From contig NW_021833360.1 of NCBI RefSeq assembly GCF_006345805.1, positions 1-26,958 of the forward strand: 26,958 bases of DNA. The letters are read 5' to 3'. The notes below the pieces were generated by a model. That model searched no databases, was not told the origin of the DNA, and worked only from the letters and a program-made list of their open reading frames with translations. The number at the start of each line of letters is the position of its first letter. Position 1 is the stretch's first letter. Of this stretch, positions 10,427 through 21,009 are shown one piece after another. This DNA is from Octopus sinensis. Taxonomy: Eukaryota. Position numbers and translations under genes: made by a program.

Positions 10427-10800
10427 CTAGCAGTATCGCCCGGTGTTGCTCGGGTTTGTAAGGGAAATAACTATATAAGCATTTTTAGAGATTATAGCCA
10501 AAAATAGCAAACAAATGCATTAAAAATGGAAAAAAAATTATGGTAATTTTTTTTTAAATCGTTAACTCATCGTAGACATTTTTAGAGAGTTACTTCCCTT
10601 ATGTAATAGCGAAAAAAATGCATTAAAATGGAAAAAAATGATGGTAATTTTTTTTTAATCGTAGACTCATTGTTGACGCGCGCTAATACCCAGAAGGGCT
10701 CGATATGAATCACGACTATAAGATACCCGCAAAATGTGGGAGTAGTTAGGAATCTAAATCGTAGGAGACAGACACACAACTTGACTTTTATATGTAAAGA
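10427..10800 (-). mobile_element. Non-autonomous Helitron, copy 2, with an internal 97-bp tandem duplication
   Basis: Same CTAG end and subterminal hairpin as 5907 (CTAGCAGTATCGCCCGGTGTTGCTCGGGTTTGTAAGGGAAA). The other end reads A|TC on the minus strand (10801|10800). Inserted in a TA tract. Confidence 0.78.
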
Positions 10801-10832
10801 TATATATATATGTAAGGTAGTGTCTCTGTCTC

Positions 10833-10859
10833 TGTGGTAAGAAGCTTGCTTCCCAACCA
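10833..10859 (+). mobile_element. Family A SINE head fragment
   Basis: TGTGGTAAGAAGCTTGCTTCCCAACCA matches the family A head. Confidence 0.6.
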
Positions 10860-10920
10860 GATTAGCTAATTGGAAAATCTCTTTAGGATGTGAAAGTAGT
10901 AACTGTACTGAAAAGTAATG

Positions 10921-11022
10921 GTTATTCCTCCAGCCGGTTACTCTTCCAGCAAGTTATTCCTCCAGCCGGTTATTCTTCCAACTGGTTATTCTTCCAGATT
11001 ATTATTCCTCCAGCTGGCTATT
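10921..11022. repeat. 16-bp minisatellite, about 6.4 units (GTTATTCYTCCAGCYG)
   Basis: Units start at 10921, 10937, 10953, 10969, 10985, 11001 and 11017 (partial). Confidence 0.92.
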
Positions 11023-11074
11023 ATATGTAGTCTTTACTTTATATATATATCTTTACTTAGGGTAATCATTTGAA

Positions 11075-11335
11075 TTACTTAAGATTGTATGGGTCCCGAG
11101 CAGATGTATCGACATCTTAAATTCTTTTTTCAGGAATTCTAAGTATTTCATGGAAACGACCAGCAGTACAGCCGATATGTTGGAAAATGCTGTCGTATGG
11201 AGACAGCATTGCATCCTATCGCTGTTTCTGTTCGGATAGTGATTGATTAAATTTTGGGGGAATCGATGGAATAACGTGGGAAGCGGGTACAGTGACATAT
11301 TTGGATTTCGCTGACAACTTGTAGTTACTAAGCTC
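11075..11335 (+). mobile_element. Degraded RTE-type non-LTR retrotransposon RT fragment
   Basis: Translation LLKIVWVPSRCIDILNSFFRNSK...WRQHCILSLFLF (resembles GVRQGCILSPFLF), then after a frameshift GITWEAGTVTYLDFADNL*LLS (resembles LDFADDIALLS). Confidence 0.8.
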
Positions 11336-11361
11336 CGTGTGATGAGCTTAGTAACTACAAG
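11318..11361. other. Perfect 18-bp inverted repeat with 8-nt loop
   Basis: CTTGTAGTTACTAAGCTC (11318-11335), loop CGTGTGAT, GAGCTTAGTAACTACAAG (11344-11361). Confidence 0.97.
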
Positions 11362-11410
11362 GAATCTGGAAAATTATGCATAAAATATATCCTCATATGT
11401 AGTTCCATGT

Positions 11411-11490
11411 CTTTATCCTCTGAGTTCATTTCCAACCGGGTTCAACTTTCATTTTATCCTACCTAGGTTCTTCGAATTAAATTTCAGTCC
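11411..11490 (+). mobile_element. Very degenerate family B SINE internal fragment
   Basis: TCTGAGTTCATTTCCAACCGGGTTCAACTTT...ATCCT...AATTAAATTTCAGT aligns loosely to 4420-4488. Confidence 0.4.
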
Positions 11491-12117
11491 TTGGTACTAT
11501 TCCGTAAATATGTTCTTCAGAATAGAAAGAACAGTGGACATGACTCTGCAAGCATTACCAAACTGGCAAAACAAATGGAAATGTTACTTGAAGAATCTGT
11601 AGTTCGAAATCTGTTAAAACTGGGGAATGGATATAAAGTTACCTGGAGAGGATCTGAGACGCAATAATTAGCGACGAGGAAAGGAGGAGCCTCGAAAGTC
11701 ACTTGAAATTGATTTTAATGGGGGTGGGGGTGGGGGACATAGTTGTGGCATTAGTAAAAATAGCGAAGAGTAGAGAGAAATAGAGAAAGCAACACTGAAG
11801 TAATGTTTGGAGTAAAGTATCTGAATGTGCTTTTGCGAATCAGCCGGGTAGATTCCATTTCGATATGACAGAGATTGTGTGTGTGTCTGTGTATGTGTGC
11901 CTGTGTGCGGCGCCCGTGCGTACGTGCGCGCTAATGTGTGTGTAGCAGTAACACCTGTCCTAATTTTTGTAAGCATTATTCTAATGCTGACATTACTCTA
12001 AATTCAGAGGTTTAAGAAAATATGTATCTTATTTCTAGCAAGACAGTTATACACATTGAGGTGCTCTCGGTGGATGCGTAGTGAATTCCTTAATATCATG
12101 CAATGCTGTAAATTCTT

Positions 12118-12140
12118 ATATATGTATGTATGTATGTATG

Positions 12141-12171
<31 letters not shown>

Positions 12172-12305
12172 ATATGTATATAATATATATATATATGATA
12201 TATATATTTATATAATATAGAATATATATATATAAACACACACACACATATATATATATACATATATATATATATATGTGTATATGTGTATGGATGCGTA
12301 TGTGT
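12118..12305. repeat. (ATGT)/(TA)/(TG)/(CA) compound microsatellite
   Basis: Directly visible. Confidence 0.9.
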
Positions 12306-13684
12306 GTAAGAGAGAGGTGGGAGAGATAGAGTTTATGGGTGTATTGAATAAATCATGGTTACCAGTCCCGTTTGTAAAACATTTTCGAGGCATTTATCAA
12401 TGGTGGCAATGAAAGGCAGGTGTGATATTTCTAGGTTGCGTGTGAATGACACTTGCGTGTGGATGTTTAACCAGGTGTGAAGAATGGTTTCATCTTCATT
12501 CGAAAGTAACTTGTTACAAGTAACAGATAGTAAGTCGTTATTACACAGAATGCCGACTGTAGGTTTTGCTGTTGTCAAATGCAAGAACAATGTTGCTTGC
12601 AATGTTCCGAATGACCAAAGACGTTCACTCCATAGACCTATGTATTAAGTACAATTCTATCCAAAATATCAATTCTTTTTATAAGAGAATAAGAAATCGA
12701 GACTCGGTTGCTGTTTCTAACAAGTACACTGACTACGTAGAAACGACGCTCGTTGATATTTGTGCAGTGGCGAGAGAAGGAGATAGGAGAGCAAGTCATC
12801 AAGGCCTAGTTATAGAAATTCATAGTGTTGGTCACTAATGTGAAAACCTGCATCTTTCCTCATGTGTGGATATGTGACACAAGGAATACGAGGACAATTT
12901 GGTTGATGATTCCATCGAGATTTTAGTCTCCAGCTAGAACATTGATCGTTGTGGGTGAATGAGGTTTCTTTGTGCTAGGAAAGCTCACAAATATAAAGAT
13001 GGTGGTAAGGTAATTGTAGCTAGTTGGATTACGAAGATAACAAGTTTAACTGGTAAAATGTTATTTCTACGTGTATGAATGCGATTACATACAATAAATT
13101 TTATATACACGTATGTATATATGTGTGTGCGTATGTTTATATATTTATGTAACATGTATGTATTCATGCATGTAGGTATGTATGTATACATACACACACA
13201 TATATTTACATATTTCTATGTTTACCTATACCATAACTGTTAATTATAATCGTAAACATTACTGATTAATAAGTATTGTTCTTAAAATACTAATGAAAAA
13301 TGAAGTTAAGTAAAATATTAGAAATCCGAAGAGACTGATAAGAACGGAATTATACATTTACAACTTGCTCTAAATGAACTCTTTCAATACACATGGCGGG
13401 TGACGTGTTTGATAATCTTTATTGTAATGCACAAGCACTAAATACATTGTTGATAGTGTCGAAAACATTAATTTTAGAAACAACAACAACATCTAGATTA
13501 CAGACTGATTAATCTGTTGCAAAAATTTAATGAATATAAATTGTCTTGAATATTTGCAGAAAAAACTGAATGATCGAAACGAAAAACAGTGAAATAAACT
13601 CCTCAAAGATTGTGATATAATTTATATGATTGTTTTTGCTACATGTTAGACGGAGACATGGTAATATTAGAACAAGGAGTTTAA

Positions 13685-13767
13685 GGCAACGAGAAGGCAG
13701 AATCTTTAGTACATAAACCAAATGCTTAGCAGCATTTTGTTCGTCTTTACGCTCAGAGTTCAAATTC
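13685..13767 (+). mobile_element. Family B SINE head fragment
   Basis: GGCAACGAGAAGGCAGAATC...AAATGCTTAGCAGCATTTTGTTCGTCTTTACGCTCAGAGTTCAAATTC. Confidence 0.75.
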
Positions 13768-13989
13768 AAAGGTCATGATTCCCAAGTGCGGGGTCACATA
13801 TGCTTCAACACTAAAGAGAAATACAGGTGCATACAGGTGCATGCACAGACTAACTCTGTCACATACTTACATACGCCGGGAACTATCTTCATTCAAAATT
13901 CCTGTCACTTTGTTCTTGACTTTACGTATATCTGGAGTGTCATATGACTATGTACAGATTCAAAACCTGTTTTGGTTGCAGTAGAAGAA

Positions 13990-14037
13990 ATCATCATCAC
14001 CGTCATCATCATCATCATCATCATCATCACTGTCATC

Positions 14038-14085
<48 letters not shown>

Positions 14086-14200
14086 TGTCGTCGTCGTCTT
14101 CTTCTTCTTCTTCTTCTTCTTCTTCTTCTTCTTCTTCTTCTTCTTCTTCTTCTTTTTCTTCTTCTTCTTCTACTTCTTCTTCTCCCCCATCACCTTCCTT
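13990..14200. repeat. (CAT)n-(CGT)n-(CTT)n compound triplet microsatellite
   Basis: Directly visible. It explains the polyH/polyS/polyE ORFs in the track. Confidence 0.97.
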
Positions 14201-14682
14201 CTCCTTTCTAACTTTATCACTAATGCGTTTTAGTATAACACCTACGCAAATTCTATAAGCAAAACTTTCAGTAGAAATATTTTCATGAATTGAACAGCAA
14301 CTGCTAGCATCCACTGACCATTCAAAATACCACAATCAAGGCACTCCCAAATTCTTCGTCTTCTTCCTTCCCTCCTCCTCCTCCTCCTTCTTCTTCCCTA
14401 CCAAGAATTCACAACGACCTCGAAGCCACAAGAGTAAACAAGAGAGACAGAGAAAGGCAGAAACAAGGAAAATGCCACTTATATTTGAACACTATACAAA
14501 TATTCTTTTAAAAAATACTTTTCTTTTAATTTTTCTAAATTTAATTATTTATTTGTTACAGTTGAAAAGGTCTCAATGACTGAAACCGGTACTGAAATGG
14601 TCTTTATGAAATTATTTTAGCATTTTCTATCCTGACTTGTTTTCTCATATATATCAACTCGTGTGTTCCTTTTCATCCTTAT

Positions 14683-14685
14683 ACA

Positions 14686-14736
<51 letters not shown>

Positions 14737-14800
14737 ATATATAATATATATATATACGAACATACATACATGTGTGTGTACATATTTACATATATATATA
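14683..14800. repeat. (TA)n microsatellite
   Basis: Directly visible. Confidence 0.9.
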
Positions 14801-15506
14801 TCTATGGCGGAGTTGTGTGTTTACAATGTCAATAGTTATGCCGTGAACTGTCTTTGATATTATAAACATATCAGTTCATGCTACCCAACATATGGAGCTC
14901 TGCATCACATTATATTTCTACATATGACTTTAAATATATTTGCCAATATACGACTTATGTATGCGTGCTGTGTGTGTGTCTGTTTGTCCTTGTATGCGTG
15001 TGTTTGTGTTTGCGAGTGTATGTATAAGTGCATGTATGCATGTTTTATTCTTCTTTGTTTCACGCGCAGGCAAGGATGTAAACGAATACTAGATGCACCG
15101 ATATACTTTGTTGCTAGAAGCACTGATATACCTTGTTACGGCAAGAAATCCAGCTGAGTACAAGGACATCCAAAACGCATCATTCACGAAATTGTACTGT
15201 AGATGCTGAAAAGATAGCAGATGCAGTAATCGTCAGAGCTGTAACCCTGAAGCTGAATCAAGAAACATAATATAATATGATTGGAATTTAAAAGAAAAAG
15301 CTGATGTCACTTTGATACCACAACAATTTAACAATTTGTGAACTCTGATGACCAATAGAAGCCAGAACACCAAAGAGCAATCCTGAATGTCTCTCATTGT
15401 TTCCACTCTGAACTTAGTGTCTGATGAGATAGACGACTTGTATGTAGACAGCCACGAAACTTTAAGTCATGTGGGTGTTCAGTAACATCCTATGATATAT
15501 ATATAT

Positions 15507-15913
15507 ACTCTTACTCGTTTACTCTTTTACTTGTTTCGGTCATTTGACTGCGGCCATGCTGGAGCACCGCCTTTAGTCGAGCAAATCGACCCCGAGACTT
15601 ATTCTTTGTAAGCCCAGTACTTATTCTATCGGTCTCTTTTGCCAAACCGCTAAGTTACGGGGACGTACACACACCAGCATCGGTTGTCAAGCAATGCTAG
15701 GGGGACAAACACAGACACACAAACACACACACACACACATACATATACATATATACGACAGGCTTCTTTCAGTTTCCGTCTACCAAATCCACTCACAAGG
15801 CATTGGTCGGCCCGTGGCTATAGCAGAAGACACTTGGCCAAGATGCCACGCAGTGGGACTGAACCCGGAACCATGTGGTTGGTTAGCAAGCTACTTACCA
15901 CACAGCTACTCCT

Positions 15914-15917
<4 letters not shown>
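15507..15917 (-). mobile_element. tRNA-derived SINE, family A, full length
   Basis: Near-colinear reverse complement of 18591-18980. Both ends lie in TA tracts. Confidence 0.95.
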
Positions 15918-15986
<69 letters not shown>

Positions 15987-16047
15987 TATACGTATATATA
16001 TATATGTATGTTTCTATACATTTATGCGTATATCTATATAAGCGTGC

Positions 16048-16088
<41 letters not shown>

Positions 16089-16125
16089 TATATATATATC
16101 CTTATGTATATGTGTGTGTGTGTGA
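15918..16125. repeat. (TA)n-(ATAG)n-(TA)n-(TG)n compound microsatellite
   Basis: Directly visible. Confidence 0.92.
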
Positions 16126-16795
16126 GTCTGTGTATTTTACATATGAGCGAATATCGCGGGAATATGTATGTGTTTTTATGTGTAATGAGTACGAGAACAA
16201 TTCTATTTCGTTCTCTTTATTTTTGTTTTCTGACTAAATACGGTAGTTATGCCATCTGTTTTACACTATGCTTTAAAATTCTAAGTCAACGAAATCAAAT
16301 TTCAACACATCTAATTTGCTACTTTTTGTGACGATAAATTCCATCATATTCTTTTTTTTCTTCAATTCTGTTAATTGTTTGTTTGTTTTTTGTTTTGTTT
16401 TTTATTCTATCTGAACTTATGGATATTTTCAATAGACTTTTACAGAACTGATATTTAAGTCGTGATTCAAGGATTTAATTTAGTTTTCAGTAATAGAATA
16501 TAATAGAATTGCGCATGTATAGTGTAGGTTTTTATGAGCACTTTCTCATAATGATTGAGTTCACACAATAATTGATTTTGTATGAATAAATTCCAAGTTT
16601 TTCTAATGCATTAATGTATATGCTTATATGCTTTGAGAGAAGTGGTAAAAAAAAACTAGAAAATTTGAGATCTTTGTAATGAGTAAGTAAAAATATTAAA
16701 TAAGTACCGTCTATGCATCCTCTTCCTTGAAGCACGATTTCAAATTGAAACATTTAACCCCGTCGAATAATATGTAGAGATGGTTATATCACATA

Positions 16796-17309
16796 CCGTA
16801 AATCCTCGAGTATAATCCGCATTTTTTCCCAAAATTTAAAGGTCAAAATTCCTAGTGCGTACTATATACGAAGTTAAAATTGAAAATTATTTTCTAAACA
16901 ATGTTCAAGCCTCTATTTGCTGGCCGGCAATGTTTATTCAGACGCATTTTGTGATGCCGGGAGCGAAAATACCTTAAGCTAAGCCTGAAAGCAATGAAGT
17001 CATAAAAGAATCATCCATAAGTTGCAGTAAGCAACATTTATTAAACGTTATTACTGTTACTTCTTTATTTTCTGCAAAAAAAAAATGCCCAAAAAATGCT
17101 GCACGTTTGCATTATGTTATATATACAATAATAATAAACTACGTTACCATATACATTTTTACAAACCAATGACGTTATATAGGCCTCCTTGACTCAAATT
17201 AGAGAAGGGGTGCGTATTATACACAAGGTTTAGGTTTTTCAGAGGTAGAGCCCCCTAAAAATCCACTGCGTATTATACTCAAGGGCGGACTATGCTCGAG
17301 GATTTACGG
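16796..17309. mobile_element. 514-bp MITE (non-autonomous Tc1/mariner-pogo/Tigger-like DNA transposon) with TA TSD
   Basis: Left TA|CCGTAAATCCTCGAGTATAATCCGC and right GCGGACTATGCTCGAGGATTTACGG|TA: 25-bp TIRs with 2 mismatches. TA at 16794-16795 and 17310-17311. Subterminal GCGTATTATAC-like repeats. No ORF. Confidence 0.9.
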
Positions 17310-18590
17310 TATATTATCTACCCATCAGGTTGCATGACGAGGGAGAAGCAAATAATGTCCCTACATTAGCGGATAATGGTTCAATTGTAAAATCGTTGAC
17401 TAGCCATATAGGGGAGTGGAAGATTTCAACGTATAGGTTAAGTTTTGCCAAAGACTATGAATTAGCAGAGTCGTATATTCTGATCTTTTATCCTGTCGCT
17501 CAACTTTTCAGAATCAATAAAAAAAATATCGTTCCAAGTCAATGGACTTTATCTTTGGCGTGGAGAGGGTAAACTTTTATGCAAGAGCAACTGCCAGTCG
17601 TCTTCAAATATCTTACTCAGGCATGCAGAACTTGTTAAGAGACGGAGGTCTTATATACAACATAAGTTTTGTTCGAAACAGAAAATAGCCAAATACATTG
17701 AATAGAGATCAACCTACCGAGGAGGCAGCATTTACATCTATTCATATACATTTCGCGATTTTGAGTTGTGACTTTAACAAGGATACTTGACTTGCAACTG
17801 TCCCACGCTATGTAAATATATATGCCGCATAGTAGGTATAAATGAGTACCTCTGACAATGCTAGAAAAGGTGATTTCATGTGTGATTAGCAAGCTTATAG
17901 GACCGAATTCAATACTCTCATTTACAAAAGTGATACAAAGTCAGTAAACCTAGTAAAAAGACTCATTTGAACTCTGTGGCGGCATCCTCTACGGTTTCAA
18001 ACATTAATATTCATGATAACAGTGAAGTAAAGCAAGTGATTGATAGATCGACAAATTATGCGCTCGTTTACAAACTTCAGTCACTTCTCACAGACACATA
18101 GATTTATCTCATTGCGTCTACCATTACCAATAAAGCGCCAACAATTTTCTACATTAGTTATATATTTATATATATGTAACTGAGGCCCATATATTCCACT
18201 CATACAACTTATTTCATCTTTGTCATTCTATCTTATATTTCAGACGAAATCATTAAATGTTTTGTCTAGTGGGTAGCTAAATTTTAAGTAGCCACGGATA
18301 TATGCAGATTTTTTAAAATGGGAAATTCTGACAATGTTTGAACATCTTGATCTTAATATATTCATAATTATCCTAATTTTGTTATATACAAAATAATGTA
18401 AGAAATAAGTTTTTATATATTTTTCTAAACGATGAAACTTTATAACACTTCCCTTTAAATTTCCGCGTTTTTATGTTATCTTCAGTGCTTTATCATGTCA
18501 GCGAAAGATTGAAAATTACTGACTTGGTTCGTCCTTTTCTCTGATATTCCATTTCTTGTGTCAGACTTCTTGTGGAATTTCACATACAAA

Positions 18591-19020
18591 GGCGCAGGAG
18601 TGGTTGTGTGGTAAGTAGCTTGTTTACCAACCACATGGTTCCGGGTTCAGTCCCACTGCGTGGCACCTTGGGCAAGTGTCTTCTACTATAGCCTCGGGCC
18701 GACCAAAGCCTTGTGAGTGGATTTGGTAGACGGGAACTGAAAGAAACCCGTCGTATATATGTATATATATATGCGTGTGTGTGTTTGTGTGTCTGTGTTT
18801 GTCCCCCTAGCATTGTTTGACAACCGATGCTGGTGTGTTTATGTCCCCGTTACTTAGCGGTTCGGCAAAAGAGACCGATAGAATAAGTACTGGGCTTACA
18901 AAAGAATAAGTCCTGCGGTCGAGTTGCTCGATTAAAGGCGGTGCTCCAGCATGGCCGCAGTCAAATGACTGAAACAAGTAAAAAGACTAAAAAGACTAAA
19001 AAAGACTAAAAAGACTAAAG
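18591..19020 (+). mobile_element. tRNA-derived SINE, family A, full length with a short-repeat tail
   Basis: GGCGCAGGAGTGGTTGTGTGGTAAG head through GACTGAAACAAGT, followed by about 4-5 AAAAAGACT-like repeats. Confidence 0.96.
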
Positions 19021-19544
19021 ACGAATATTTTAAGTTGAACCAAACTCAACATACTGGAACGCTTACAAATGTCTTGAACAATGGAACTGCCTCCTAATGT
19101 ATTTAATAAAATACGCCACCCAAGCAGGAGAAAAGTTACTGTTTATCTTCTTAACAAATTTATAAGCACAAACTATATCAATCAAAGTGATTTGAAAAGC
19201 AGAGATTTAGATACTGTTTTGCCAATTTTGCCGTTAAAAAACAGTAAGGCAGAATATATTTGTCAAGAAAATATATTCAATCGATTAAACTGAAGTCATT
19301 ACTAGTTTTTCCACTCACTAGCGTGACGAAAAGTAAACTCAAACAAAAATGTCCGAACTTTTTACCGTAAGAATTCGAAGTCAGATAAAGTTACGGCTTT
19401 AGTTCGTAGCCCTGTGATATGAATCTACTCGTTGCCCTATGGAGCTGTTGACAGAAATACGTTGGTCGCACTGGGGAAAGCATGTACAAATTAAACATTC
19501 ATTTCGCTTAGTACAGTCAAGAGATGAAAGCACAGGTGCTCTGA

Positions 19545-19672
19545 ATATATATGTGAGTGTGTATGTGTGTACGTGCGTGTATACGTATGCATATGTGTGT
19601 GCACGCACACCTGTTTTTGATGTGTATGTATGTGTGGGTGCATGTGTGTTTGTGTCTGTGTCTGTGTGACTG
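19545..19672. repeat. Degenerate (TG)n/(TA)n microsatellite
   Basis: Directly visible. Confidence 0.8.
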
Positions 19673-20007
19673 TGTAGTCAAATTTATCAATCAATCAGGA
19701 TCTGTTTTATCTTAGAAAAAAAATAAAGCACCTCCATGGTATTGAGTACAAAAGTGCCGTGCGGCTGATGCTTTCGGTTCTGTTATAACTGACCTCACCT
19801 CCGCCATCTTCGACGACCAAACGATAAACAATAAAGATATCTAACGAATTGAAGTTGAACGTAAACATTTGACAACGAATAGACTTATGGCTAACCCAGC
19901 TGCAGGTGGTCGATGAACAATTAAGTTCTACTGAAGAATGGTACTTCTTTTTAGTATATTTGTCTAAGTTTACCGTTGGGTGTCTTTTCTCACCGACTTT
20001 GTTATAA

Positions 20008-20342
20008 GACATATATATACAATACATACATGTGTATGAGTGTGTATATATATATATATATATACATACATATATATATATATATATATATCATTATATA
20101 TAATATATATATAATACATCTATATGTATATATATATGTATATATATATATATATTATATATATATGTATGTTATATATATTATGTATATATATATATAT
20201 ATATATCTATATATATATATATATATAATATATATATACACTACATATACGCGTGAGTATGTATGTGTGTCCGTATGTTTGAGTTAGTACATGCGTATCC
20301 ATGTTGTGTGTGTGTATGTGTGGTGTGTGTGTGAGTACGTAT
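20008..20342. repeat. Long interrupted (TA)n/(TG)n microsatellite
   Basis: Directly visible. Confidence 0.92.
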
Positions 20343-20514
20343 ATCTTTGTACTATGTTCGTTTGATTGATTATATGTTTATTCATTTTTTGTCTGTGTTT
20401 TCCTCGTATTCATCACACCTAGCAGGACCACCGATTCAATTAACCACACAGAGAGTAAAATATTCCACAGATACAATTAAACCGAGTAAAGTCTATGAAA
20501 AGAAAAATGTATCG

Positions 20515-20573
20515 TTATTATTATTGTCATCATCATCATCATCATCATGACCATCATCACCATCATTATTATT

Positions 20574-20641
<68 letters not shown>

Positions 20642-20906
20642 TGATGAAGAGGAGGAGGAGGAAGAGAAGAAGAAGAAGAAGAAGAAGGAGGAGGAGGAGG
20701 AGGAGGAGAAGAAGAAGAAGAAGAAGAAGAAGAAGAAGAAGAAAGAGAAGCAGAAGCAGAAGAAGAAGGAGAAGAAGAAGGAGAAGAAGAAGGAGAAGAA
20801 GAAGGAGAAGAAGAAGGAGAAGAGGAAGGAGAAGAGGAAGGAGAAGAGGAAGAAGAAGAAGAAAACAACAACGTTAACAACAGCAGCAATAACAAGAATA
20901 TCAAAA

Positions 20907-20960
<54 letters not shown>

Positions 20961-20998
20961 TGGTGGTGGATTGTGGTGATAATGATGATGATGTGGTG
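20515..20998. repeat. Long compound triplet array (CAT)-(AAT)-(GAG/AAG)-12-mer-(GAT)
   Basis: Directly visible. Includes a higher-order AAGAAGAAGGAG unit changing to AAGAGGAAGGAG (~20758-20850). Confidence 0.97.
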
Positions 20999-21009
20999 TG
21001 CATTCTTTT

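Noticed and set aside
17330-17572. 80-aa ORF after a possible acceptor
   Set aside because: No recognisable motif, and the length is compatible with chance.
17635-17892. Minus-strand ORF with LYLLCGIYIYI as a GIY-YIG remnant
   Set aside because: Only a vague resemblance, with no ordered supporting motifs.
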